A DNA stretch of 25,531 nucleotides from a virus (lineage: Duplodnaviria; Caudoviricetes): IMG/VR virus record IMGVR_UViG_3300043395_000340, positions 1 through 25,531 of that record. One strand, written 5' to 3'. The position numbers were made by a program, and so were the translations under genes. Below, one piece after another: positions 1-9,157 of this stretch. Position 1 is the first letter of the stretch; the number at the start of each line of letters is the position of its first letter. The notes beneath the pieces are model-generated. The model was not told where the DNA came from and made no database searches. It was given only the letters and a program-made list of their open reading frames with translations.

Positions 1-747
1 AACCATAGACCAGTGAATTTCAAAGGTCTTATAGTTGTTCTTCTTGTTGATGGCATCCATCCACAACTTGTAAAACAGATTCATACCGTTCGGTGTAGAC
101 ACGATAATAATCTTGGAAGTTTTACCAGATGAAATAACAGGGTAAACTGAGTTAAAGAATTCTTCAGCAATGTTGTTTGGAACGAACGCAAATTCGTCCA
201 AGAATACACAGTTAAAAGAACCTCCACGAATTGCAGAACTTGATGTGGATGCTGCAATAATCTTGGAACCATTCTCTAGTTCCACATTACCTTTGTTCCA
301 AACCACAACACCTTGTTGCAACCACATTGGTAAGTTTTCATATGCTAGTTGGTATTTGGAAAGAATATCACGTGCAAGAGAACCTTTGTTCGCCAGAACG
401 GCCACATTTTGTGTGTCTGTAAACAGTGTCAACCAAAGGAGATAAGCGACCGAGGTGGTGGTTTTACCAACCTGGCGAGGACATTTTGTAATAGAGAAAC
501 GATTTTCGTGGTAGGTCTTAATCATTTCCTTCTGGAAAGGCCACATCTTAAACTTCATCAGGCCTTCATCAACGTTTACAATCTTGATGTAGTTTTCAGC
601 AAAGTAAACAGGATCTTTGGCGCATTTAATATACTCATCCACTTGTTGTTGAGTATAATCTACTTTAACACCAGCCTTTTTTAATAAAGGATTGTCTCTA
701 TAAGAATCATTCGAGTCTAATCTACCAAAATCATCATCGTCTATCAT
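1..747 (-). CDS. gp17: Terminase large subunit, N-terminal ATPase part (runs off the left edge; missing from the ORF track)
   Basis: Manual translation from ATG at 747 (ATGA overlap with the gp16 stop) gives MIDDDDFGRLDSNDSYRDNPLLKKAG...WPFQKEM...KCPRQVGKTT (Walker A)...IRGGSFNCVFLDEFAFV (Walker B)...IIIVSTPNGMN (coupling motif). The frame is open to position 1. Confidence 0.97.
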   Translation of the reverse strand, partial: MIDDDDFGRLDSNDSYRDNPLLKKAGVKVDYTQQQVDEYIKCAKDPVYFAENYIKIVNVDEGLMKFKMWPFQKEMIKTYHENRFSITKCPRQVGKTTTSVAYLLWLTLFTDTQNVAVLANKGSLARDILSKYQLAYENLPMWLQQGVVVWNKGNVELENGSKIIAASTSSSAIRGGSFNCVFLDEFAFVPNNIAEEFFNSVYPVISSGKTSKIIIVSTPNGMNLFYKLWMDAINKKNNYKTFEIHWSMV

Positions 748-1163
748 TCTTTGCCTTTGATGAGTTTATTTAACTCCGCTGTGGATCCGACAAAAATGGC
801 TTTGTCAATTTTAGTGCCACTTTCTTCTTTCTTTTTACCATCCATATCACGCATTTGTTTTTGCACATTCAATAGTTCCTTGTTTGCATCTACCATATTC
901 TTTAGTAGAGTTGCATACACTTCAAATGCTCTTGGATGTTGACCTGCACTGGCAATCTGACGCAATTCCTCCATTGCATCTTTGCCAGAATCAATTAAGT
1001 CTTGCAGGTTTGTTTTGGTCTGTTCATATGAATCAACCAAATCCTGTTTTAAATCCAAGTTGTCAATTGGAGACTTTGGTTCGGATGGAACCAATGGTTG
1101 TTCCTTTGGTTCCATAGGAGTAACATCAAATATTTTTTCCATGTTCTTGTCAAATGTATTCAT
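744..1163 (-). CDS. gp16: Terminase small subunit
   Basis: 139 aa. Contains DSYEQTKTNL...GQHPRAFEVYATLLK and AIFVGSTAELNKL, typical of T4 gp16, and sits immediately upstream of gp17. Confidence 0.95.
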   Translation of the reverse strand: MNTFDKNMEKIFDVTPMEPKEQPLVPSEPKSPIDNLDLKQDLVDSYEQTKTNLQDLIDSGKDAMEELRQIASAGQHPRAFEVYATLLKNMVDANKELLNVQKQMRDMDGKKKEESGTKIDKAIFVGSTAELNKLIKGKE

Positions 1164-1178
1164 AGTTTTTTATTTATT

Positions 1179-3158
1179 TTAATCGAACCAGTTGTGTGGT
1201 AAATTCCAAGCACCGTCAGTAAATACCAAAGTAAGAACAGCAGAGCTACCACCAAGAGGGTTCTGGAATGGTAACCACCATGATGCTGAACCTTCATTAA
1301 TCACACCATTACCATTAGACCATCTTGCATTATCAAAAGACATAGTTGTGAATTGATTGAGCACCTCACCACCAGTTGCTGGGACAAGATACATAATTTG
1401 TCCTTCAACACCATCAGCTAAGTGATATTGTTGACCATCGCCGGACAATTGTGGTGTTAATTTATTAATTAATGCAGTAACATCTAATTCAAATGAAGTA
1501 ATTCCATTCCATGTCGCTGCAGCGGTTCTAGCGGTCATCGAACCAACGTTTGCAACGCCTTTACCACCAAACTCTATCGCCAAATCTGAACCAGAAGAAG
1601 GTATAACAATTGTTCCATCACCAGTGAATTTCCAATCTTGGTAGAAGTTAACGGTTGTTTGTTCATTTTCTGGACTTGGGTTTTCATACACAACAACATT
1701 CATAGTATATGAATAATTGGTATTTTCAGCAATCGTTACAGTTGTGTTTCCTGTTCCAACTGTTGAACTTGTTGTTGCTGTCGCTTCAGGAACTGAAACA
1801 TAGGTAAAGTCTCCCCATGTGGTAGTATCGGAACCAAAATATGTTCCTGGTAAACTGCCGTCAATAGGTAATTGATATGTTGTAACAATCGCCACAGAAC
1901 TGTTATTAGGATAAGCGAAACCTGTTCCGACAATAAAATCACCCTTTACATCCATTCTTCTTCGAGTAACTTCTGTATCACCCATAACACCATTAATTTC
2001 CAATGCATTTGCCCAAACCAAATTTCCATTTGCGGAATGCATTTTATAAGTTATGAATGACTCATTATTGTTTCCGTTTGTGGATTTACCGGTTGCATAC
2101 AGATAATTTCCACTAGATTTTATTGTTCTGATATCAGGTGCATTTCCACCCACATCAATTGTTTTTTCCCAAACTAATTGATTGTTTGCTCTGAATTTAT
2201 AGATGTTTGTGTTTGAGGCCGCATACCAATTGTTCGATGAGTCGTATGATAATGATATGATTGTATTTCCTGCAGCTGCAACCTTGTTGGACCAAAGATA
2301 CACACCTTCAGTATCAAATTTATGAACATATCCATTATCTGAACCAACATATACACCAACACGATTTGGTATAGCTATTACAGAATGTGCATTTGCAATC
2401 GTTGAATTATAATGTGTGAAATATAATTCACCGGTAATATCCAAACCTGTTAATAGGTTGTGAGCACCAACATAATAAGGAAATTCTTCATCATCAACCG
2501 TTAAATCTCTAGCATCAACAGAATCTGAAATTAAAGTGTTCCATACATTTTGACCAAGGTAGTCAAATTTTGTTACACGAACTGATGAATCACCTGGTAT
2601 GTTTGTTAATAAGTATACATTGTTATTTGCATCCACAGATACGGATTGTGCATAGCTTCCATACAACACATTAGATACATTTGTTGCAGGAACTGATTTT
2701 CTCCAATAAACTAATCCGTAAGGATCATACTTAATAACGGTTGATTGTGGTAAACCTGTAACTTCATCTTGTGTAGTCATAGCAACCAAGATGTTGTCAT
2801 CGTTATCATATTGAACACTATAACCATATGCACTATTTGCTTGTGTATCAATTTGTCCGTATAACATACCCCAAGCTTTTTGGCCATGATGGTCATTACC
2901 AATTTGCACTCTCGTGTTACTATACATCACAGTATTATCAAAAAGAATATCACCCAAAGAAGCTGTGTTCGCTTTGTTATATGCGTTTTGTGCTAATTCT
3001 TGGTTGGTTTCATAATAGGTATTTGATGTATTGGAATTGTTAGCAACAGTGTTATACAACTCGGTAAAGTTGTTATTAGTTTTGGTGAAAGCAACTCGTA
3101 GTGAATCACCTTTGCCATCGTTTGCTCTAATACCAATATTGATAGTTTGTTTAGACAT
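1179..3158 (-). CDS. Fibre/appendage protein with a T4 gp9/gp10-like N-terminal attachment motif and a central beta-propeller
   Basis: 659 aa. The N-terminus KQTINIGIRANDGKGDSLRVAFTKTNNNFTELY matches the gp9-type motif. Repeated blades such as VIKYDPYGLVYWRK, VTKFDYLGQNVWN, VHKFDTEGVYLWS and IYKFRANNQLVWEK indicate a PQQ/SBBP-like propeller. Confidence 0.75.
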   Translation of the reverse strand: MSKQTINIGIRANDGKGDSLRVAFTKTNNNFTELYNTVANNSNTSNTYYETNQELAQNAYNKANTASLGDILFDNTVMYSNTRVQIGNDHHGQKAWGMLYGQIDTQANSAYGYSVQYDNDDNILVAMTTQDEVTGLPQSTVIKYDPYGLVYWRKSVPATNVSNVLYGSYAQSVSVDANNNVYLLTNIPGDSSVRVTKFDYLGQNVWNTLISDSVDARDLTVDDEEFPYYVGAHNLLTGLDITGELYFTHYNSTIANAHSVIAIPNRVGVYVGSDNGYVHKFDTEGVYLWSNKVAAAGNTIISLSYDSSNNWYAASNTNIYKFRANNQLVWEKTIDVGGNAPDIRTIKSSGNYLYATGKSTNGNNNESFITYKMHSANGNLVWANALEINGVMGDTEVTRRRMDVKGDFIVGTGFAYPNNSSVAIVTTYQLPIDGSLPGTYFGSDTTTWGDFTYVSVPEATATTSSTVGTGNTTVTIAENTNYSYTMNVVVYENPSPENEQTTVNFYQDWKFTGDGTIVIPSSGSDLAIEFGGKGVANVGSMTARTAAATWNGITSFELDVTALINKLTPQLSGDGQQYHLADGVEGQIMYLVPATGGEVLNQFTTMSFDNARWSNGNGVINEGSASWWLPFQNPLGGSSAVLTLVFTDGAWNLPHNWFD

Positions 3159-3175
3159 TTATTTCTCTCGTTCTG

Positions 3176-4195
3176 TTACTGGTTTGCGGCCTTATTGATT
3201 GTCAACACTTCTGCCAATGTATTATCAGCCTTAGCTTCTTCCTTATCGACAGACATGTAATCAATGTCTGTGGTAACTCTACCAATAGAATCAACTTCAA
3301 CGAACTTCAATGGGTTCAAGTTGTAGGAAGTGAAATTATAGTTTGCCAATGTATTAATACCGTATATAGGTTTATCTGACACGAAGTTTCCTGTTAGTTC
3401 TTTTAGTCTCAATACGTTGTCTGTAAATTGGACAACGATGCCTGTTGCTGTCGCTTCATCGGAGGTATATCCTTGATACACCTTTTCACCAACCTTATAT
3501 GTTCCGTATCCCGAATCTAAATCCATATAAAATTCAATAAGTTCATCTTGTCGAACTTGGTTGTATACAGAAACAAATGCACGATTGATAACACCCGTTT
3601 CGGTCATCTTACCAAATATGAATCCTTTGACTGTGAAGTTAAGTGTCCACACAATCATTCTTGTTTCATTATCTCTACCACCTTCATATATTATATCGTG
3701 TGATGTTGAGTTCAATATGATTGGAACTTCTTTGATGATTCCCATTTCAGGAATTAAATTCAATTTAATTGTATAATCTGGTGTAAAGAATGGTAAAATG
3801 TGTTCGATTATCTGTGTTCCATCTTCTATGTTTCTAACATAGATATACAAATTGAAATCGAAATTATATGGAACTGGATTATATTGGGCTAAAACTCCTG
3901 AACCAGAAGTGCCTGCGAAATTTTTAATATTGGTATTTTGTTTTCTGGAAGAATCATAATTTAAACCTGCCATTTCAAATGACATTCTAGGTAAAGTTGT
4001 TTGAACCTTTTTGTCTAAGTTCAAATCTTCTTCCAAACGCATAACATATCGTTCTTTGGATGCATATACAATAGGAACGATAAATCTTTCAGATTCAGTA
4101 TTGTCTGGTTTGAATCTGTATAAAGTTATGTTGTCAAATAGGTTGCCAAATCCGACAACCAATTTTCTTATGACACGATTATATGTTGATGACAT
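3176..4195 (-). CDS. gp15: Tail sheath stabiliser/terminator with a C-terminal extension
   Basis: 339 aa. IRKLVVGFGNLFDNI, TLPRMSFEM, YDSSRK, PVPYNFDFNL and QIIEHILPFFTPDYT are gp15 motifs. Synteny follows gp13-gp14. Confidence 0.95.
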   Translation of the reverse strand: MSSTYNRVIRKLVVGFGNLFDNITLYRFKPDNTESERFIVPIVYASKERYVMRLEEDLNLDKKVQTTLPRMSFEMAGLNYDSSRKQNTNIKNFAGTSGSGVLAQYNPVPYNFDFNLYIYVRNIEDGTQIIEHILPFFTPDYTIKLNLIPEMGIIKEVPIILNSTSHDIIYEGGRDNETRMIVWTLNFTVKGFIFGKMTETGVINRAFVSVYNQVRQDELIEFYMDLDSGYGTYKVGEKVYQGYTSDEATATGIVVQFTDNVLRLKELTGNFVSDKPIYGINTLANYNFTSYNLNPLKFVEVDSIGRVTTDIDYMSVDKEEAKADNTLAEVLTINKAANQ

Positions 4196-5076
4196 TATAT
4201 TTTTCCAAACGGATTCGTTTCTGTAAAGTCTATGATATTGCTTGCGGTATCGAATAGATAAGCATTATCATATGCTTCATTTCTTGTGCTATCTTTTAAT
4301 GGATCATATGATGCCAGATAGAATTCTGCATTACTTGTTGCACCAAGAACAGCAACATTATCACGGAATTCACCCGCAACATTTGTAACTTTCAATATAC
4401 CTGTTGGTTTATCCCATTCAGTAACTATCGCAACAACATATGCATTGGCTTGTGTTCCGTCATCCGATTGATAAACAATCTCACGAGTTTCAAATGTTCC
4501 TTCTCCTGAACCAAGATTCAAGTCAATAGAATAACTTGATTGAATCATAACCTCATCAATATCTTCCACACCAGTGTCGATAACTTCTTGTGAGTATTTG
4601 AATTTCTCTAGTTCCAATTCATAGAAGAATGGTATCTTGCGTCCTAACATGAAGAAGTCTTTAGTTTGATTTGTAAATTTAATCTCAAACAATTCACCCG
4701 TTCCATTTAAGAATGGAACATAAATCAAATCACCTTCTCTAGGTCTTGTGAAAGAATTTTGTGGAACTCTTTGTGAAAAGGATCGTTTGGAAAGTATGAT
4801 ACTAACATTATTTTTAATTTCCAAACCAAACTTTGAGAAGAATTCTTTTTCACCTTCATATTCAATCGAGCTCGACAAATAAAATTCAATAGGAAATGCT
4901 GAACCAAATTTCTTTACAGGATCCTCACCATATAAAATGTCTCTATCGGTTTCATTTTCGATGGGCAAATAATAGGCGTCAAAACCCATAATCTTGATTG
5001 ACTCAACAATCAAGTCCTCTATAACTCTTTGTTCGGCTAATGAGTTATAATTATTAAAATAAACCGATGTTGCCAT
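4195..5076 (-). CDS. gp14: Neck protein / head completion
   Basis: 293 aa. EQRVIEDLIVESIKIMG, FFSKFGLEI, RPREGDLIYVP and a C-terminal IIDFTETNPFG are typical of gp14. Confidence 0.95.
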   Translation of the reverse strand: MATSVYFNNYNSLAEQRVIEDLIVESIKIMGFDAYYLPIENETDRDILYGEDPVKKFGSAFPIEFYLSSSIEYEGEKEFFSKFGLEIKNNVSIILSKRSFSQRVPQNSFTRPREGDLIYVPFLNGTGELFEIKFTNQTKDFFMLGRKIPFFYELELEKFKYSQEVIDTGVEDIDEVMIQSSYSIDLNLGSGEGTFETREIVYQSDDGTQANAYVVAIVTEWDKPTGILKVTNVAGEFRDNVAVLGATSNAEFYLASYDPLKDSTRNEAYDNAYLFDTASNIIDFTETNPFGKI

Positions 5077-5077
5077 A

Positions 5078-5854
5078 TTAGTTCATAAACATTTCTAATG
5101 GAGCACCATATTTGTCACCGATTTCCGCATGAAGTGCATCTATTTCTTCTTTAGCTTCGGTGTAAATCTTGTCACCATTTAACTTGACGCCACCTGGTAA
5201 TTGTATGCCATCAAACTTTTTAAGGTTGTTGCCCCAAGAACGCTTGATTAATGCTGTTGCATATTCTTTTAACCAACGGTCATTCCAAGCTTGATTGTAT
5301 ATATCAGGGTCAACTGTTGCATAACATTCTGCAATCACGGTTGTTCCAACTGGTGCTTCGCTGTGTCCCCAAGCCCAATCAATATACAGTCTTTGCATGT
5401 GTCTTTGGAAACGAATAGGAACTTCACCCGTAAATAGTTGTTCCAACATGCGTAGATGTTGTAGTGTCATTGAATAATTAATATATGAAGCTGAAGTAAA
5501 ATCATACAATTCATTCAAACGTAATTGATATCTCAAATCGAACATGTTGACTTGAGATAGTGAATCGGAAATAGGAAATATTCTGGTGACACCAACAATT
5601 TGCAATGCATTGTTTGAATTGTCTACCGCTTCGGAAATATCTAGATATTTGTTATTAATATCGGTCTGGTCTATTCGTTTGATATAATAGACTTTTTGTA
5701 GTCCATCAAAGTGATAGTCTTGCCAATATTGCAACGCATCGTCAATACGATCCTCTATCTGGTCGTCATCAACGTTGATTTCAATCACTGGAAATCCTAA
5801 TCTGCGTAAACAATAATCTTTAAAAGCTGCTCTTGATGTAATTGGTTGTGACAT
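5078..5854 (-). CDS. gp13: Neck protein
   Basis: 258 aa. FKDYCLRRLGFPVIEINVDDDQIEDRIDDALQ and WLKEYATALIKRSWGNNLKKFDGIQLPGGVKLNG are gp13 signatures. Confidence 0.96.
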   Translation of the reverse strand: MSQPITSRAAFKDYCLRRLGFPVIEINVDDDQIEDRIDDALQYWQDYHFDGLQKVYYIKRIDQTDINNKYLDISEAVDNSNNALQIVGVTRIFPISDSLSQVNMFDLRYQLRLNELYDFTSASYINYSMTLQHLRMLEQLFTGEVPIRFQRHMQRLYIDWAWGHSEAPVGTTVIAECYATVDPDIYNQAWNDRWLKEYATALIKRSWGNNLKKFDGIQLPGGVKLNGDKIYTEAKEEIDALHAEIGDKYGAPLEMFMN

Positions 5855-5855
5855 T

Positions 5856-5881
5856 ATATCCCCCTATAAGGGATATTTATG
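5856..5881 (-). promoter_or_regulatory. T4-type late promoter-like box (CATAAATA, 5874-5881) overlapping a 7-bp inverted repeat that covers the gp13 RBS
   Basis: The minus strand reads cATAAATAtcccttatagggggatataATG. The arms are ATATCCC/GGGATAT at 5856-5862 and 5870-5876. The box has one mismatch to TATAAATA. Confidence 0.55.
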
Positions 5882-5908
5882 CTCCTGTTCCTGTAAGAGC
5901 TGATGTTA

Positions 5909-6259
5909 TTAAGGTTGTTCTTCCCAATCAACCAAGTCTTCATTCCAAAGATACACTTTACCATCGTCCGGCATTGGTGTTGGTGGATGATATCTGCATG
6001 TATCTTCATTGAATATCCAACTTTCGTGTGGTTTTGGTGGAATAAAAGCATCTCTTTCTGCATCATATTTGTAACCAACTCCAGCATAATTTTTTCTAAA
6101 TGGTGTTCCACCAAGCAAATGTTCACCTGCATGTGTATTGTAACTTGTTTGTATGAAGGATGCTGGATCACCAAAGTAACCAGTATCAACTGTTTCTTGG
6201 TCAATCACAATAACTCTTGTTACAATATTATTTTCATCAATTTGTGCGAAATGTGCCAT
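5909..6259 (-). CDS. Small conserved phage protein (MAHFA...RKNYAG...DAFIPPKP family), probably a tail-fibre assembly/cap partner
   Basis: 116 aa. SD AAGGA lies upstream. The motif family is one I recognise directly downstream of Gly-rich fibre genes, and the C-terminal PTPMPDDGKVYLWNE resembles Tfa-like tails. Confidence 0.65.
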   Translation of the reverse strand: MAHFAQIDENNIVTRVIVIDQETVDTGYFGDPASFIQTSYNTHAGEHLLGGTPFRKNYAGVGYKYDAERDAFIPPKPHESWIFNEDTCRYHPPTPMPDDGKVYLWNEDLVDWEEQP

Positions 6260-6271
6260 AATTATCCTTTA

Positions 6272-8182
6272 TCAACCAAAAGAAATTGTTCCAGATGATG
6301 TGAATGTATATGTTCTCCATCCACCAGTGTTTGCATATGTTGGTGAACCTGTTGTTCCGTTTGCGGCTGGATAACTATTTGGATATCTTATAATCACAAT
6401 TCCTGATCCACCTGAACCACCAGTTGTTGCACTGAAACAACCACCACCGCCACCGCCTGTGTTAGGTGATCCACTTAAAGCGGTTCCACTAGTAGCATTC
6501 ACGCCGTTAGCTCCACCACCTAAACCACCAACTGCAACAGTGCCACCGGTTGTCGACCTTGCGCCACCTCCACCACCACCATAGTAGGTTAAAGTGCCAC
6601 TAATTGAAAATGCTTTACCTATACCACCATCACCACCTTTAGTTAAGTTGACTGCATCACTGCCAGCTGCACCAGCACCGCCGCCACCGGCACCTGTTGA
6701 TGGACTTCCACCATACCCGTTTCGAGCGCCATTTTTTCCGTGATCCGGATTAGCTAGTCCAAATGTAGTGTTTGCTTGGCCCGCAGCAACTCCGTTTCCT
6801 GAGCCAACATATTCAGATAAAGCGATAGCTCTTGATCCTCCACCAAGTGCATAGAATCCACCATAAGTGTTTGCTTTTGGAAATGCATAGTTTCTAAAAT
6901 TATCGCATGGAATTCCTGTAACATGTGTGTGGCCACCCATTAAAGAAATGGTTCCTGAGGTGGACAATACACCTCCTGCACCAACAGTTACACCATATGT
7001 TCCATTGTAAAGTGTCAATGGCCCACCGGTATTTCCCGATTCGTTTCCATAGTATATTACGCCACCTCCACCAGCACCTGGAGAAGTAGTGATTCCGCCG
7101 GTTCCACCGCCGCCACCAACCATTAGTAATTCCACATTGGCAGCAGCTATATTTTTATTTGTTAAATATCTGAAAATCACCACACCATCGGCGCCGTTGC
7201 CACTTGGTCCAGCTGTCGATGTTGTTCTACCGTGACCACCACTACCCGGTTCAGTTGGTGCTGATGGAACAACTGTTGTATTAAAAACATATTGTGTGCC
7301 GGTGCAACCACCATTACCGTATGTTTGCATGACTCCACCAAAATTGGTTTTGACACCATAACCTGGATATGCGTACGAGCTCGTGAGAGATCCACCTCTA
7401 GTCAAATCTCCTATTTGAGGTGACCAAAAAGTAATGGATGGTGATAAAATTCCTCCAGCTGAGTTTGCTCTTTGCAGCGTGGCAGCTATGTTCATTACAT
7501 AGTTACCATTTCCTTGTCTGAATGGATATGTTGTTCTTCCGTATGAGTAAAGTTGTTGAACCTCGGTATTTGCAACACTTACTCCTGGATATGCTGAAAA
7601 TACATTTACACCAGCGTTGTATGCGCCAACTGAAGCGCCTGCACAACCTCCATTACCTCCAGGAAATCTACCTGTGCCGCCACCTCCCATGCCACCACCG
7701 ATAAGATGTAACACATCATATCCATTTTTCAACAACCAAGTATCACCTCCACTGTTATTACGAGCGTTGTCATCCATAGCATAACCACCAAGACCAACAT
7801 ACACACTCCAAACATCACCCGCTTGTGTGTATAATTTTGGTCCATAACATTGTGACCACTGATATGGATAAAGGTCCGTTTCAGACATTCCTACCCAATT
7901 AGTTAGAGCACCGCCAGCACCGCCACCACCAGCGTTTCCACCAGAAGCTGTGTTGCGTCCAGCGGCACCACCACCAGCAATTGCAAAATAATCTATTTCT
8001 TGGTATGAACCTTGAGTTACTGTGAAAGTTCCGTTGGATGTAAATGTGTGATACGTATATGCACCAGCCGTAGTTATAGTTCCACCAGTTGCTTGAATCA
8101 ATGCAGGTGCTGGATTTAACGGGTCACTATAATTATAGTTTCTTCTGGTGCTATAATTTTTAGTGTATTTCTTAACCGCCAT
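6272..8182 (-). CDS. Glycine-rich receptor-binding/adhesin-like protein with two tandem Gly-rich domains
   Basis: The start is better placed at ATG 8182 (TGATG overlap) than at TTG 8185. It has GGGGAGG, YYGGGGGG, NTGGGGGG and GGSGIVIIRY motifs, plus YTYHTFTSNGTF and WRTYTFTSSGTISF strands. Confidence 0.75.
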   Translation of the reverse strand: MAVKKYTKNYSTRRNYNYSDPLNPAPALIQATGGTITTAGAYTYHTFTSNGTFTVTQGSYQEIDYFAIAGGGAAGRNTASGGNAGGGGAGGALTNWVGMSETDLYPYQWSQCYGPKLYTQAGDVWSVYVGLGGYAMDDNARNNSGGDTWLLKNGYDVLHLIGGGMGGGGTGRFPGGNGGCAGASVGAYNAGVNVFSAYPGVSVANTEVQQLYSYGRTTYPFRQGNGNYVMNIAATLQRANSAGGILSPSITFWSPQIGDLTRGGSLTSSYAYPGYGVKTNFGGVMQTYGNGGCTGTQYVFNTTVVPSAPTEPGSGGHGRTTSTAGPSGNGADGVVIFRYLTNKNIAAANVELLMVGGGGGTGGITTSPGAGGGGVIYYGNESGNTGGPLTLYNGTYGVTVGAGGVLSTSGTISLMGGHTHVTGIPCDNFRNYAFPKANTYGGFYALGGGSRAIALSEYVGSGNGVAAGQANTTFGLANPDHGKNGARNGYGGSPSTGAGGGGAGAAGSDAVNLTKGGDGGIGKAFSISGTLTYYGGGGGGARSTTGGTVAVGGLGGGANGVNATSGTALSGSPNTGGGGGGCFSATTGGSGGSGIVIIRYPNSYPAANGTTGSPTYANTGGWRTYTFTSSGTISFG

Positions 8183-8511
8183 CAATAAATCTCCGTGCCG
8201 AATGCTGTAAAATTCATCAAAGCTGTATTTGCATAAACTCTAACCACATCAGTTGCATCTAAAGTCATACCTAATGTAATTGCAATTGAATCGGACGCAC
8301 CAAGTGCAGTATCATATGCTAGATAATGTGAATTAGCTAATGTTGCTCCCGCAGGACTTACTGCTAATCTAAATGTTCCACCTGTTGTAGAAAGATTGCA
8401 TATGTTTAATGTTGAAATAACCGCACTATTGGCCGCAGGAACCGTATACAAAGTTGTTGGTGTTGCTGCAGATGGATTTGATTGTCCTAAAACTTTATAT
8501 TTTGTAGTCAT
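8182..8511 (-). CDS. Small beta-rich adaptor-like protein (paralogue 3)
   Basis: 109 aa, MTTKYKVLGQ...TTLYTVPA...AVISTLNICN...LDATDVVRV...FTAFGTEI. It aligns by eye with 14051-14413 and 22173-22499. Confidence 0.7.
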   Translation of the reverse strand: MTTKYKVLGQSNPSAATPTTLYTVPAANSAVISTLNICNLSTTGGTFRLAVSPAGATLANSHYLAYDTALGASDSIAITLGMTLDATDVVRVYANTALMNFTAFGTEIY

Positions 8512-8514
8512 TTG

Positions 8515-8763
8515 TTATGCTCCCATTAACAAGAATGGATCTATTGATATTGGTAAATTGGTAAAACTTAAATGTCCTGCGCCATCGGTTATGATGTATT
8601 GATTGTTTTCACCACCCGTTAGTTGTAAATTTGTAATAGAACCTAGTGTTGCGATATCATTATTTTTAAAAGTTCTCCACGCACCAAGAGAACTACTGTA
8701 TGTAAATGTTCTACCAAATTGTGTATATGTTTGTCCGTCTGTTGGAGATGATGGAAAAGCCAT
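8515..8763 (-). CDS. Mini fibre/linker protein
   Basis: 82 aa. It has an N-terminal MAFPSSPTDGQTYTQFGRTFTYSSSLGAW module, a middle LGSITNLQLTGGENNQYIITDGAGHLSF segment (also in the 959-aa gene) and a hydrophobic C-terminus IDPFLLMGA. SD AGGT. Confidence 0.7.
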   Translation of the reverse strand: MAFPSSPTDGQTYTQFGRTFTYSSSLGAWRTFKNNDIATLGSITNLQLTGGENNQYIITDGAGHLSFTNLPISIDPFLLMGA

Positions 8764-8775
8764 GATTGTTACCTA

Positions 8776-9156
8776 TTATTTTAACCAGTTGTCTGCCATA
8801 TTTGAAACACACAGTTTATATACTTCAAATAATTGTTGAATATTGATTTCTTGTTTTTCGTTGTTATTCAATTTCCATGTTATTGTAGTATCAATAAAAT
8901 TTTTCTGCCAAGAATCTTCGAAAGACATACCGTTTGATTGGTCTTGCATTACTCCAATAGAATATATGTTTAGATATCTTGACATTCTATCCATACTTTT
9001 TTCATCAGCATCAAAAACCCAATCGTTATACTCGACAGTAGAACTATATATTTTCTCTGTCTTTTCAGCCTTATATCCTTTAATAGGATCTTCAAAGAAG
9101 GTGTATACCCTCTTGAATACTTGTGGAGAAGTTTCTACAATTTTACTGGTTAACAT
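8776..9156 (-). CDS. Probable tail-fibre-associated chaperone (DUF4376-like)
   Basis: 126 aa. The FDADEKSMDRM...ITWKLNNNEKQEINIQQL pattern resembles DUF4376 proteins, and it lies just downstream of a fibre tip gene. Confidence 0.55.
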   Translation of the reverse strand: MLTSKIVETSPQVFKRVYTFFEDPIKGYKAEKTEKIYSSTVEYNDWVFDADEKSMDRMSRYLNIYSIGVMQDQSNGMSFEDSWQKNFIDTTITWKLNNNEKQEINIQQLFEVYKLCVSNMADNWLK

Positions 9157-9157
9157 A

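Noticed and set aside
81-684. Short ORFs in the track at 81-272, 170-445 and 349-684
   Set aside because: They overlap the clear gp17 frame (747 to the left edge) and have no recognisable motifs.
5854-6298. Alternative ORFs 5854-6204 (-) and 5903-6298 (+)
   Set aside because: They overlap the 5909-6259 gene, which has an SD and a recognisable motif family.
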